From an uncultured Acidimicrobiia bacterium (GTDB taxonomy: Bacteria; Acidobacteriota; Terriglobia; Versatilivoradales; Versatilivoraceae): a DNA stretch of 64,000 nt. Of the stretch, positions 32,230 through 43,400 are shown one piece after another (the stretch's first letter is position 1; each line of letters opens with the position of its first letter). Location: contig CAWBAT010000005.1 in assembly GCA_963786955.1 (NCBI GenBank), forward strand, positions 1,536,001-1,600,000, given 5' to 3'. The position numbers and the translations under genes are program-made. Below the pieces are notes generated by a model. That model was given only the letters and a program-made list of their open reading frames with translations. It made no database searches and was not told the origin of the DNA.

Positions 32230-32781
32230 ATGATCTACTATGGATCGAAAGGACTATCTGACAGTTTTCGCACGGTGCGCAAGAACACGATCGTTATAGC
32301 CGAAGAGATTCCCGAGCAGCACTATAACTTCCGGGCTGTACCCGAGACACGGACTGTGGCGCAAGTGCTGGTGCATCTCGCGGTGTTTCCGAGTTTGCCC
32401 GAGCAAATTCACTTCATCGAAAAGCGAACTTCATTTGACGGGTTCGATTTCTTCGGATACGTAGGCAAGCTGATAGCCGAAGAACAAGTCGTCCGTTCAA
32501 AGGCGGAGATCGTCGGCATGCTACGTGCAAATGGCGACAAGTTTGCTCATTTGCTGGAGGGAGCTTCGGAGGATTTCTTGAGCCAGAGCGTTGCTTATCC
32601 CAAGGGGATGACGCCGCCTAGCAAATCCCGGTTTGAAATGTTGCTGAGCGCCAAAGAGCACGAGATGCACCACCGCGGGCAGCTCATGTTGATCGAGCGC
32701 TTACTGGGCATTGTGCCGCACCTGACGCGCGACATGCAGGCAAGGATTGCCACCGTACAAGCCAATAAAAGCAGTGCATAG
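32230..32781 (+). CDS. DinB/YfiT-family protein
   Basis: RTVAQVLVH and HEMHHRGQL; RBS GGAGGAG. Confidence 0.88.
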   Translation: MIYYGSKGLSDSFRTVRKNTIVIAEEIPEQHYNFRAVPETRTVAQVLVHLAVFPSLPEQIHFIEKRTSFDGFDFFGYVGKLIAEEQVVRSKAEIVGMLRANGDKFAHLLEGASEDFLSQSVAYPKGMTPPSKSRFEMLLSAKEHEMHHRGQLMLIERLLGIVPHLTRDMQARIATVQANKSSA

Positions 32782-32811
32782 GAATTTGAGGCCGATGTTC
32801 GTAAACGTTCG

Positions 32812-32837
32812 TGTAGGCCGGGTCACCGCGACACCGG
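32812..32837 (+). repeat. GTAG-type REP-like palindrome
   Basis: TGTAGGCCGGGTCACCGCGACACCGG, related to 35697-35722 and 58870-58895. Confidence 0.55.
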
Positions 32838-32963
32838 GGGAATTTTTTCATCATCTTCCCTTCGGCGGGGAGAATCAGACTCTGACCAGTTCGGATGCGA
32901 ATTGGCATAGGAGGCTTCATCGTAGCATCGACATCGATCCAGTTCGTGGACTATACCTGAAGA

Positions 32964-33536
32964 CTATGACAGCGGCCGCCCGGCCGATTGCCATGCCTTG
33001 ATGGCGTCGATAGGATGAATGAGCATGATGAGATTGAGCGTCAGATTGTCGCGAACCCACACCAAACAACCCACTTCCAGAACCAGAACGGAGGCAATAC
33101 TGATCCATACTCGTGCATGATAGGCAAACCAGAATCCCAGTGCCATCATGAAAATATCGCTGCACGAGTTCAGGACGCTGTCACCCACGTACCCGAGAGA
33201 GATGGTTACTTCCCGATAGCGATTGATAATAACGGGAGAATTTTCCAGCACCTCCCAAAACGCTTCCAAGAAAACGGCGGTCAAGAACCGGTAACTCAAT
33301 GGAGCCTTTCGAGCCACGAGCCAGAGAATCGCGTAGAATAGAATGCCATGGACAATGTGTGAAAAGGAATAGGCGTCAGCAAAGCGCTGAGAATTTTCAC
33401 TACTCCAGATGTTGCCTTCCCACCACCCGAATTTACCGTCCGGGCCGAGAAGCGGCCTGCCCATCCAGAGTTCAATGCACGCAGCCAGCCCAACCATGGT
33501 GGTGAATCCTGCGATCATTGCTTTATTACCGTTCAT
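32964..33536 (-). CDS. DUF2585 (UPF0314) membrane protein
   Basis: MGR, SSENSQ, DAYSFSHIVHG, WEVLENS, GYVGDS and RDNLTLN. Likely start is MNGNK. Confidence 0.85.
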   Translation of the reverse strand: MNGNKAMIAGFTTMVGLAACIELWMGRPLLGPDGKFGWWEGNIWSSENSQRFADAYSFSHIVHGILFYAILWLVARKAPLSYRFLTAVFLEAFWEVLENSPVIINRYREVTISLGYVGDSVLNSCSDIFMMALGFWFAYHARVWISIASVLVLEVGCLVWVRDNLTLNLIMLIHPIDAIKAWQSAGRPLS

Positions 33537-34527
33537 CGGTGAACACCTTTGGATTTGCAACGTACTCCGGTCTTCTCCCGTGCAGCACATCCAATAGGCC
33601 CTGCGCAGCCTCAAGCGACATACGGTCCAGAGATTCCTTCGTTGACGAAGAGATATGGGGAGTCAGCAGCGCGTTGGGTGCATGGCAGAGTAGATGGGTA
33701 GCCGGTAGGGGTTCTTCTTCGAAGACGTCCAAAGCCGCTCCTGCGATTCTCGACTCGTGCAATGCAAGCGCCAAAGCCGCCTCGTCAATTAAAGCCCCTC
33801 GAGAGGTATTCACGATCCGGCATTCGGGTTTGAGAAGTCTTAGGCTCCGGGAATTGATCAGGTGTTTTGTGTCGGGGGTCAAGGGGACGTGAAAGGTCAA
33901 GAAATCAGCCTTCCTGAAAAGTGCATCCAGCGAGCCTTCAATGATTGCAGGCCCGGAGTAATCGCTTTTTGGCAAAAAAGGGTCATAGGCAAACACGCTC
34001 ATCCCCAGACCCAGAGAGGCCATCCGAGCGACTCTGGAACCAATTCGCCCGAGCCCAACAACAACCAAAACTTTCCCGGCCAACTCAACTCCTTGGTAAA
34101 GATGGCGGTCGTTGAACCTACCCTCTTTCAACGCGATGCTCGCTGGCGCAATCTGCCGGGATAAGGCAAGCATCAGGGCAATGGTTTGTTCGGCAACTGC
34201 ATTGGCATTGGCGGTTGGCGTGTAAACGACTGGAATCTGCCTCGCAGTTGCGGCTTCGCAATCAATGTTGTCGATGCCGACCCCGTGTTTGGCAATAACC
34301 TTGAGGCGATTTGCTGTGGAGAGTGCTTGGCGGTCGATTTTGAACAACCGAACGAGTACCCCATCTGCTTCAGAAAGTCCTTGGTCACGCGGACCCCTGT
34401 CGTCGCCCAGGGATTGGGTGGACTGGGGAATACGATCTTCCCATGGGACTAGACAATGGCACTCTGCCCGGAGCAAGTCCAATCCACAAGGAGCGATGGG
34501 TTCTGGAATAAAAACTGTTGGCTTCAC
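33526..34527 (-). CDS. D-isomer-specific 2-hydroxyacid dehydrogenase (SerA-like, no ACT domain)
   Basis: HGVGIDNID, VAEQ, GLGRIG, NTSRG, DVFEEEP and TPH. Confidence 0.9.
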   Translation of the reverse strand: MKPTVFIPEPIAPCGLDLLRAECHCLVPWEDRIPQSTQSLGDDRGPRDQGLSEADGVLVRLFKIDRQALSTANRLKVIAKHGVGIDNIDCEAATARQIPVVYTPTANANAVAEQTIALMLALSRQIAPASIALKEGRFNDRHLYQGVELAGKVLVVVGLGRIGSRVARMASLGLGMSVFAYDPFLPKSDYSGPAIIEGSLDALFRKADFLTFHVPLTPDTKHLINSRSLRLLKPECRIVNTSRGALIDEAALALALHESRIAGAALDVFEEEPLPATHLLCHAPNALLTPHISSSTKESLDRMSLEAAQGLLDVLHGRRPEYVANPKVFTDER

Positions 34528-35501
34528 GATTCCAATTCTCCGAAAGTCCTAGGTTTCCTCATCAGAAGCTTCTCCACAAAATTGAGTTGTCGAACAATAT
34601 GAAGGTCTCTTTCCTGAATGAAGTCATCAGCATTTCGGGATCGCCAATCGTAGAAACCCTGACCACTCTTAACGCCCAGCTGTCCTTCCTTTACCCTGTT
34701 CTTGATGGACTCTGACGGGCCAGAATTGCAAGCAAGATCGGCGAGAAGATAGCTGTGGATCTTTTCCACGAGGTCAGCGCCGACCAAGTCAATATTCTCC
34801 AAAGGGCCCACGGCTGACAGTCTTAGTCCTAAGGTCAATTTAGCAACCAGATCGACGTCCTCAGCGGTAGCGATGCCATTTTCAACCATATGGATAGCCT
34901 CCCGCCATAGTGCGTGAACGAGTCGATTCCCGATGAAGCCCGGAACATCCCGGTTTACCCTCACGGCCAACTTTCCAATCGATTCAACAAGCTGGCAGGT
35001 TCGATCGATTACTTCGGAAGGCGTGTTCTGGCCACGAATGACTTCGACCAAGGGCATCAGGTAAGGAGGGTTCCAGAAGTGCGTACCAGCGAGCAGTTGC
35101 TCACAGCCACTGCCTTGACCGATTTCCGTGATGCTCAACCCACTTGTCGTCGTCAGAAAAATAGCCCCGCGTTCTCTGGATCGGGCGAACCGTCGAAATA
35201 AGTTCACCTTCTCAGCCAAATCCTCAACGATGCACTCGATGACAACTTCCGCTTCCTCGTCCAACACACTCAGATTTTCGACGGATTGAATAGCTCCGCC
35301 TACTTTGGAAGGAGAGCCGATATTCTGGTCCAGCCAGGAATCCAGTTTGCTGACTCTTCGCTCTAGCGTGGAAAGTTTCTCCGGGTCGTGGTCCCATGCA
35401 AGAACTCGATACCCCGCCCTCTTGAAACAGCTCACCAACCCAGTGCCCATCTGGCCCACGCCACAAATCGCAATTTGTAATGAATGTTGCGGGATTTTCA
35501 T
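34524..35501 (-). CDS. 3-hydroxyacyl-CoA dehydrogenase family protein
   Basis: GVGQMG, ECIVEDL, HFWNPP, LVE, GFIGNRL and GVKSGQGFY. Confidence 0.9.
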   Translation of the reverse strand: MKIPQHSLQIAICGVGQMGTGLVSCFKRAGYRVLAWDHDPEKLSTLERRVSKLDSWLDQNIGSPSKVGGAIQSVENLSVLDEEAEVVIECIVEDLAEKVNLFRRFARSRERGAIFLTTTSGLSITEIGQGSGCEQLLAGTHFWNPPYLMPLVEVIRGQNTPSEVIDRTCQLVESIGKLAVRVNRDVPGFIGNRLVHALWREAIHMVENGIATAEDVDLVAKLTLGLRLSAVGPLENIDLVGADLVEKIHSYLLADLACNSGPSESIKNRVKEGQLGVKSGQGFYDWRSRNADDFIQERDLHIVRQLNFVEKLLMRKPRTFGELES

Positions 35502-35644
35502 AATGAGAAAATCTTTATATGATGAAGGACTTCAAGAAGAAGTTCACGTCTGCGTGAATCTTTGATTCGATGCACCGCTACAAGACTATATATTGTTTGA
35601 CTGGCAAAAAGGGTTGAAGAGTGCTCAGTCACAGCCTTTCAGGC

Positions 35645-35767
35645 TGTAGCCGGCCTCGGTGAGGCCGGCCGGGGTCGACGCCCCCGGCTACAACATTGTA
35701 GGCCGCGTGACCCCACGCGGCGCCCATCCTAAGATAAGTCACCGAATATATGAAACACAGTACTTAG
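35645..35767. repeat. Cluster of GTAG-type REP palindromes ending at a MITE-like terminus
   Basis: Three GTAG/CTAC hairpins. TATATGAAACACAGTACTTAG (35747-35767) matches the termini of the 57010-57160 element. Confidence 0.65.
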
Positions 35768-35769
35768 CA

Positions 35770-36603
35770 TTAACTTTTGCTGCGTTTGGGCGAGGCGGCA
35801 GACACGCCTTCCAAGCCTCCGCTGACCCTAAGAATTTCGCCTGTGATCCACGCGGCAGACGAACTGCAAAGAAATGCCACGGTGCTGGCGATATCGGTTG
35901 GCTTTCCCCATCGGCCTAAAGGGATCGATTTTCGAATACGCTCAATCATCTCATCCTCAGAGATATTCAGTCTCTGACAACGTTGAGCCATTACCGTTTT
36001 GTTGAACTGAGTATAGACCGGACCGGGACTCACGGCGTTCACTCGCACACCATAGGCGGCCAATTCCAGTGCCAGTGTTTTTGTCAGACTGATGACGCCC
36101 GCCTTCGCCACATTGTATGCCCCTGCCATGGCAGCGGGATTCTGTCCGTTGATCGACGCCAGATTTACAATGCAGCCCGACTCCTGACGCTCCATGATCT
36201 TGGCGGCGGCCCGGCAGCAATTAAAAGTTCCGGTCAATGTATTGCGCAGCACACGATCCCATTCAGCATCACTTAAATCGGTGATTGGAGCGATGGCTTG
36301 GCCGACTCCAGCGTTGTTCACTAAGATATCCAGACGACCGAATTCGTTCACTACTTGGTCAAAATACGCACGGACCCCAACACTATCAGAAATATCCAAA
36401 TGGGCCGGCTTCACGTTCAGTCCTTTCTTGCGCAAACGCGCAGTTGAAAGCTTTGCCTTCTCGAGTTGCACATCGGCCATCGATACGGTAGCGCCGTCTC
36501 CGGCTAATTGCTCGACGATTGCTAACCCTAAACCTTGGGCGCCACCAGTCACGACCGCTATTTGGCCTTGAAGGCCTTGCTGGGCTGTGGTTTTCTTCTT
36601 CAT
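35770..36603 (-). CDS. Short-chain dehydrogenase/reductase (FabG-like)
   Basis: TGGAQGLG, NNAG, YNVAK and VSGG. Confidence 0.92.
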   Translation of the reverse strand: MKKKTTAQQGLQGQIAVVTGGAQGLGLAIVEQLAGDGATVSMADVQLEKAKLSTARLRKKGLNVKPAHLDISDSVGVRAYFDQVVNEFGRLDILVNNAGVGQAIAPITDLSDAEWDRVLRNTLTGTFNCCRAAAKIMERQESGCIVNLASINGQNPAAMAGAYNVAKAGVISLTKTLALELAAYGVRVNAVSPGPVYTQFNKTVMAQRCQRLNISEDEMIERIRKSIPLGRWGKPTDIASTVAFLCSSSAAWITGEILRVSGGLEGVSAASPKRSKS

Positions 36604-36824
36604 TTTTGCATCCCTTGATAAAAATACTGGAGCCTTAAACAATTGCTAAACCGGCGGCGAAGCTGTTTATGATCTGGTTTTCCCATGGCGTCATCCTTCT
36701 CGAAATGTTTGGCCTTGGCTGGCATTGTTCTCACGCCTACAGTGTCACGCAAGTGGAACCGTTGATGCAAGACTTGACTGCACGGAAAGGAAGGCATCAA
36801 CCAGCCCAAGCAAAGCCTCGTGGA

Positions 36825-38126
36825 TCAGCGAGCCCGAGCTATCTTCTTATCGAGTTTTTCGACACGATACAAATGGGTTCGGGATCTGAGAAAGAATGAC
36901 TTGTCGGCAATCGCGGGCGACGCCATGAAGCCATCACCCAGTTGGTTCTCCGTCAGAAGCTGAAACATCTTTCCCGGGGCGATGACAGAAGTTTTGCCTT
37001 CCTCGCTGAAAAGCCAGATTTTGCCATCGGCATAAGCTGGTGAGGCCGAAAATTCTCCCCCGATTCGTTCCTGCCACAGAACCTTTCCCGTATCGGCTTC
37101 AATACAGCTGGCGATCCCCGCATCGCTGATCATGTAGAGCCGCTCTCCAATCAGCAGAATGGAAGGCTTGTTTGACACCCCCCGTTTGACCTTCCAGGCG
37201 ACATGGGATTCCGTAATCACCCCTTGGCCCCCGCCGCGGACCGCAAACAGCTGGCCACTGCTAAATCCCGTGGGAAAAAAAATCTTCCCAAGGCCGACTA
37301 CCGGTCGTGTGCTGGCCGAATACTGGCCGCGTTCTTCGACACGCCACAGCTCCCGGCCATCATTAGGGTTGTAACTATAGGCTGCTTTCGAACCGAGGCT
37401 GATCAGCTCCAGCCTTCCGTTGATCATGGCAACGTGAGGTGTCGAAAAGGCCTTGCGAAAGTCACCTTCAGCGGTCGGCTTTCCATTGCTTTCCAGATCC
37501 TGAAAGTCAATGGATCTCTTAGTCATCCAAACGGTCTTTCCGCTCCGTTTATCCAACGCGATCACAAACTGATGATCGCTGCCATCGTAGTTCATGAAGA
37601 GGAAGTCTTGAAAGAGAATGGGAGAAGAGCCTGCCCCGCGAAAATGATTACATTCTATGTCACGCCGCTCCCAAAGGACTTGAAAGCTTCGCGTGTCAAT
37701 GCAGGCCGTGCCCGCTGAACCAAAGGTGATGTAAATCCGGCCGGGTTCAATGACGGGAGTTGGCGAGGCGTAGGTATTAAATGGGTGGCAGTACTGCGGT
37801 TGGGTCACGTCAAAGAGTTTCAGGTCTTTTAGTACTCTGCCCGTCTCACGATCCAGGCAGAGCGCGTAAAGCCGGCGGCCATCAGAAGTGGCCGTCGTCA
37901 GCCAAATTTGATTGCCCCAGATGACCGGAGACGACCAGCCACGATCGTGAATCAAGGTCTTCCAGACCACGTTTTCCGTCTCATTCCAGTGGAGCGGGAG
38001 ATCCCGAGCATCGGAGTGCCCATTGCCCTTCGGACCAAGGAACTGCGGCCAATCGTCGCTCATATGGGCTGGCGGAGCACCGATGACCAATAAGAACACA
38101 AGTATCGCCTTAAGCATCCTTCCCAT
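36825..38126 (-). CDS. Secreted PQQ-binding-like beta-propeller protein
   Basis: Signal peptide, DWPQFLGP, WSSP, ASPTP, SSP and ASPA repeats. Confidence 0.88.
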   Translation of the reverse strand: MGRMLKAILVFLLVIGAPPAHMSDDWPQFLGPKGNGHSDARDLPLHWNETENVVWKTLIHDRGWSSPVIWGNQIWLTTATSDGRRLYALCLDRETGRVLKDLKLFDVTQPQYCHPFNTYASPTPVIEPGRIYITFGSAGTACIDTRSFQVLWERRDIECNHFRGAGSSPILFQDFLFMNYDGSDHQFVIALDKRSGKTVWMTKRSIDFQDLESNGKPTAEGDFRKAFSTPHVAMINGRLELISLGSKAAYSYNPNDGRELWRVEERGQYSASTRPVVGLGKIFFPTGFSSGQLFAVRGGGQGVITESHVAWKVKRGVSNKPSILLIGERLYMISDAGIASCIEADTGKVLWQERIGGEFSASPAYADGKIWLFSEEGKTSVIAPGKMFQLLTENQLGDGFMASPAIADKSFFLRSRTHLYRVEKLDKKIARAR

Positions 38127-38460
38127 GGTTTCTTTGCTCCGGCAGATCCCAATCCTCGCACAAACAAACTCAAGATCGATTTTGCACGATCTTTTTCCTG
38201 GCTTGAAATGCTAAGGCCTGAAAACTGCCGAGTCAAGGGACAAGAATTCCTAAGAACCTTGGCGTTTATCCGTGGATGATTTGTCTTGTACTCATCATTC
38301 AGGAAAGAGAAAATGCAGGTTCACAAGTAAAGGCAGAAGGAACTCTCCCTTTCCCCAAGGAGACGATTGTCCAGTTTGAAGCAATGAAATGCCAGGGCAT
38401 GAACCTCTCAAGAGATCTTTGGATCCCATCTCAATTCGGATCAGACACGAAAGGAAAACT

Positions 38461-39483
38461 ATGCGAAGAGGATTTGTATTCTTATGGATGTTGAATGCGG
38501 CACTCCTTCTGGCTCAATCATCACCCCAGCCCAGCGGCGATCCCGGCATTCTTCCCCCCGGATCTAAACTCGAAATGCTGTTTACGGGCGCTGTACTGAC
38601 CGAGGGACCTGCGGCGGCCTTGGACGGTCAAATTTATTTTAGTGACATTACCTTTACGGCGGTTTCCAAGATGCAAGCCGGCTACATCATGAAATTTGAC
38701 CCGAAGACGGGAAAAACGACGGTCTATCGCTCCCCCAGTGGGATGTCGAACGGAATCAAATTTGATGCACAAGGGCGAATGATCGTCGCCGAAGGAGCCG
38801 ACTTCGGAGGGCGTCGGATTACTCGAACGGACATGACTACAGGTAAGAGTGAGATTTTAGCGGCTCTATTTGAGGGAAAACCCTTAAACTCGCCCAACGA
38901 CATCACAATCGATCTCAAGGGGAGAATCTACTTTAGTGATCCCCGTTACGTGGGAGCCGAGCCGGTGGAACAACCCTTCCAGGCGGTTTATCGAATTGAT
39001 CCCGACCGCTCGCTGCACCGCATTATTACGGACGCCGGAAAGGCCAATGGTGTGGCCATTTCACCGGATCAGAAGACTCTTTACGTGGTTTCCAATGACA
39101 ATGGAACCACGGGCATGTTTCGCATTCCCGAGGGCACGCCTTTACTCAAAGGAAGAATGGCTCTCTTGGCCTATGATTTAAGCCCTGAAGGAACGACCAA
39201 GTTTAGGAAAGTATTTCAGGATTACTCCCCCGAAGACGGACCTGACGGGTTGGTGACCGATGCCGAAGGCAACCTCTACGTGGCGGTGCGTGCCGTGAGC
39301 CGGCCCGGAATCTATGTATACTCCCCGGATGGAAAAGAACTCGCCCGGATCCCCACTCCTGTGCTTCCCACCAATGTTGGCTGGGGACGAGGAGACGAGA
39401 GCAAGACTTTGTACGTTACGGCCGGCGGGAACCTTTACCGGATCCGGATGAATAAGGAAGGGTACCAACTCCCACCACAATAG
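38461..39483 (+). CDS. Secreted SMP-30/gluconolactonase/LRE family protein
   Basis: Signal peptide MRRGF.., TEGP, SNG, NSPND, FSDP, NG, PDG and TN. Confidence 0.9.
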   Translation: MRRGFVFLWMLNAALLLAQSSPQPSGDPGILPPGSKLEMLFTGAVLTEGPAAALDGQIYFSDITFTAVSKMQAGYIMKFDPKTGKTTVYRSPSGMSNGIKFDAQGRMIVAEGADFGGRRITRTDMTTGKSEILAALFEGKPLNSPNDITIDLKGRIYFSDPRYVGAEPVEQPFQAVYRIDPDRSLHRIITDAGKANGVAISPDQKTLYVVSNDNGTTGMFRIPEGTPLLKGRMALLAYDLSPEGTTKFRKVFQDYSPEDGPDGLVTDAEGNLYVAVRAVSRPGIYVYSPDGKELARIPTPVLPTNVGWGRGDESKTLYVTAGGNLYRIRMNKEGYQLPPQ

Positions 39484-40446
39484 AGCCCAATCTTACGGAG
39501 TACAGAAGGGTTCTGACTTTTGAATAGACCCTGCCAGTATACGTCTGCATGAGAAACCTCCAGGAAAAACCGCTCCGGTGAAGAAGTCGACGCAAGCCAA
39601 CGCCGATTCGTGATTGTTCCGAAGAGTTCATTGGGATTTGGGCTTTGGACCGGCATGATCCCCCAAGCGAATTGGCATTGCTTGTCGTAAGGATGAACTC
39701 TCTGATGCCGGGCGCTTGATCCGGTTGTCCCGGTCGGGGACTCTTCCACTTCCAACTAGACCATGAAAGCTTTCCGGTGCCACTGAATCACGGCCCCCAT
39801 TCGAACTGACCAAAGGCATTTACGCACGTTTGCCTAGAAACGCGAAAACCAGGCCCATAAGAAACGATCCAATAATCCAAGGCGAGGGTGTGGTTCAGGT
39901 AACTCCCTTTAGATCCTTCGAACTGATGAATGAGCACCAGTATTTCCAGTTTCAGCGGGACCCGCGTGTTAGAGTTTCAGCCAAGGTGCCAATAACGAAG
40001 TCAACAGCGTGAGCGTGACACCCGAAGCTAGCAGCCTCTATCCTCCAACCTTAATCTTCGCAATCCAGTCCAAATTATCGGTGGGTATAGATCAAAAGTG
40101 AACATACCCATGAGCAAGAATGAACAGTCCTATCTTCCCCGCTTCCATTAAGCTGTCTTCAGTGAAGTCAACTTCCTTTGGGGCCTCGTTTCGAAATGAC
40201 GTTCCTGAAAACATTATTTGGCTTGCAGGATATCCAGCAGGGAGACACGGGAGGCATTCAAGAGTCTTGATGAAGCCTAGGTGAAGGGAATATATGACTG
40301 GCATTTACTATGGGAGTTTGAGCTTTTCTAACCAGAACACACGCCAAGCATGGGGACATCAACATAAATCTTTGGGAAGCATATGTAAAAATTTTAATAG
40401 TGTTCCTCAAATGGGGACAGTACAGCAAAAGGAACAAGTTGTGTGT

Positions 40447-43400
40447 ATGAAGCATAGAATCATAATGATCTTGAGCATCGTAATACTAACTACTTTCGGA
40501 TGGTTTGACACTGCATTCGCGCTTCCACTACCGACTAACGGACTGACAGGTTATTGGGCATTCGATGAAGGTTCCGGCGTGATGACTAACGATACTTCAG
40601 GGAACGGTAACAATGGAATGCTGGTCCGGAATCCGATCTGGACTATGGGTGTAAATGGCAAAGCCCTGCAGTTTAACGCCACCGACAATGGCAACGATAG
40701 TGATGACCCGCAAGTTGTCATTGGCAGGCAATTTGACGTCCCCCGTCTCCCCTTCACACTCACTGCATGGATCAATCCGGTGGATTTCACCGATTGGCGC
40801 GCCATCTTCAGTAAGAGGGACAGCGGCTCTACTGCCAATATGCGGTTTGACGTTGGTCTCAACCAGGGAACGGGCCAGATATACGTGTACACCGGCCAGT
40901 TCTTACAGTTTAGTTATGCTCCCGCCAAGGGAACTTGGACGCACATCGCTATCGTGGCCTCGACGACTGATACCAAGTTGTACATGAACGGAGTACTGAA
41001 GCAGACGCTGGGTGTGGTGAGTCTAGGAACCTCTGCCACGGCCAATACGGCTATCGGGGGCACGGGAGAAGGTGCGGGAGGCGACAACGATCCTTTCAAA
41101 GGGATGATTGACGAAGTGCGTGTCTATAACCGGGTACTTTCGGCCTCTGAGGTGCAACAATTCTGGTCTCCGTCGTCTTCTGGCTCCGCTCCGTTAGTGA
41201 GCATTGCCAGCCCGGCAAACGGTGCTTCCTATATCGCAATGGCGAACATCCCTATTTTAGCGAATGCATCCGATAGCGATGGAACCGTCGCGAAGGTCGA
41301 GTTTTTCCAGAATGGAACCAAGGTAGGAGAAGATCTTAACGGGAGTGATGGTTGGAGCTTCAATTGGACAGGCGTACTCGCCGCTAGCTACAGTCTCACC
41401 GCGCTGGCCACCGACAATAGTGGATTGGCAACGACTTCAACTGCGGTGGGTATCATTGTCACAAGCACCACACCACCGGTTAACTCTGCCCCGTCTGTGA
41501 GTATCACTAGCCCCACAAATGGTGCTGCATACACGGCAACGGCGAACATCCTTATTTCAGCGAATGCATCCGATAGCGATGGAACCGTGGCAAAGGTCGA
41601 GTTCTTCCAGAATGGAACCAAGGTAGGAGAAGATCTTAACGGGAGTGATGGTTGGAGCTTCAATTGGACAGGGGTACCCGCCGGAAGCTACAGCCTTAGC
41701 GCACGGGCTACCGACAATGGAGGTGCAATAACCACTTCGGTGGCAGTGAGCATCATCGTCTCGAATCCAGCAGATACTACACCACCGATAATCTCTGGCA
41801 TATCTCCGTCTGGAATCACAACTGTAGGAGCGACCATTATCTGGACGACGAACGAACCGTCCGATTCGCAGGTGGAGTATGGAGTGTCAACCGCGTATGG
41901 GGCTCAAACTGTTGTCGATAGCTCGCTCGTAACGTCTCATTCCCAGACCATTTCCAGCTTATCACCTGGGACTGTGTACAATTATCGAGTCAAATCTCGA
42001 GACGTCGCTGGGAACCTCAGTATCTCCAATAACTCCACGTTTACAACTGTCACGCAGTCATCTTCTACTACGGGCTTACTGGGTTATTGGGCATTCGATG
42101 AAGGTTCCGGCGTGATGACTAACGATACTTCAGGGAACGGTAACAATGGAATGCTGGTCCGGAATCCGATCTGGACTATGGGTGTAAATGGCAAAGCCCT
42201 GCAGTTTAACGCCACCGACAATGGCAACGATAGTGATGACCCGCAAGTTGTCATTGGCAGGCAATTTGACGTCCCCCGTCTCCCCTTCACACTCACTGCA
42301 TGGATCAATCCGGTGGATTTCACCGATTGGCGCGCCATCTTCAGTAAGAGGGACAGCGGCTCTACTGCCAATATGCGGTTTGACGTTGGTCTCAACCAGG
42401 GAACGGGCCAGATATACGTGTACACCGGCCAGTTCTTACAGTTTAGTTATGCTCCCGCCAAGGGAACTTGGACGCACATCGCTATCGTGGCCTCGACGAC
42501 TGATACCAAGTTGTACATGAACGGAGTACTGAAGCAGACGCTGGGTGTGGTGAGTCTAGGAACCTCTGCCACGGCCAATACGGCTATCGGGGGCACGGGA
42601 GAAGGTGCGGGGGGCGACAACGATCCTTTCAAAGGGATGATTGACGAAGTGCGTGTCTATAACCGGGTACTTTCGGCCTCTGAGGTGCAACAATTCTGGT
42701 CTCCGTCGTCAATCGCAATTTCTGCGGTCACCGCGACAAACATCACGACCTCTGGAGCTACCATAACATGGGTTACGGATGAAATATCAAATTCCCAAAT
42801 CCAGTATGGCTTAACCCAGACCTATGGTTCCCAAACCACGCTCGATCCTTCGCTTGTCACTGCTCATTCTCAAACGCTCTCTGGACTTCAGTCAAACACG
42901 ACTTACAACTACCGCGTCCTTTCTAAAGATGCAGCCGGTAATCTGGCAACTTCCCCTAACTTTACGTTTACAACTGGCAGCACAACCTCTTCAGTATCCT
43001 ACTTAACTAATTTCGACGGTACCGAAAACCCTCTCTCGGAAAGTGGCGTGTGGTCAAATAACGGCCTTGATTGGACAAACGTTGCGGAGAGCGGCGGACT
43101 CGCCTACGGCACTCAAACCAACGATCATGGTTACAATGATTCGTATGCCTTGCTTTCCGGATTTTCACCTAACCAAACGGTATCAGCAGTCGTGCATCTC
43201 AATCCCCAAATTGATCGAAGTTGTACCCACGAGGTTGAGATACTTTTGCGTTTTGCGGACTCAGCGCATATAGCAAGAGGATATGAAATCAATATCAGCT
43301 TCGACGGAAGCTCGCAGATTATGAGGTGGAATGGTCCAATCGGTGACTTTACACAGGTTGGCGGCGGTTCTTACTCAGGACTAAAGGATGGCGATACACT

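Noticed and set aside
39484-40446. ~960-bp gap with short ORFs, one containing WQGLFKS (RAYT-like), and possible riboswitch words
   Set aside because: There is no HUH motif or coherent coding frame and no complete riboswitch consensus. It is probably a promoter or decayed region.
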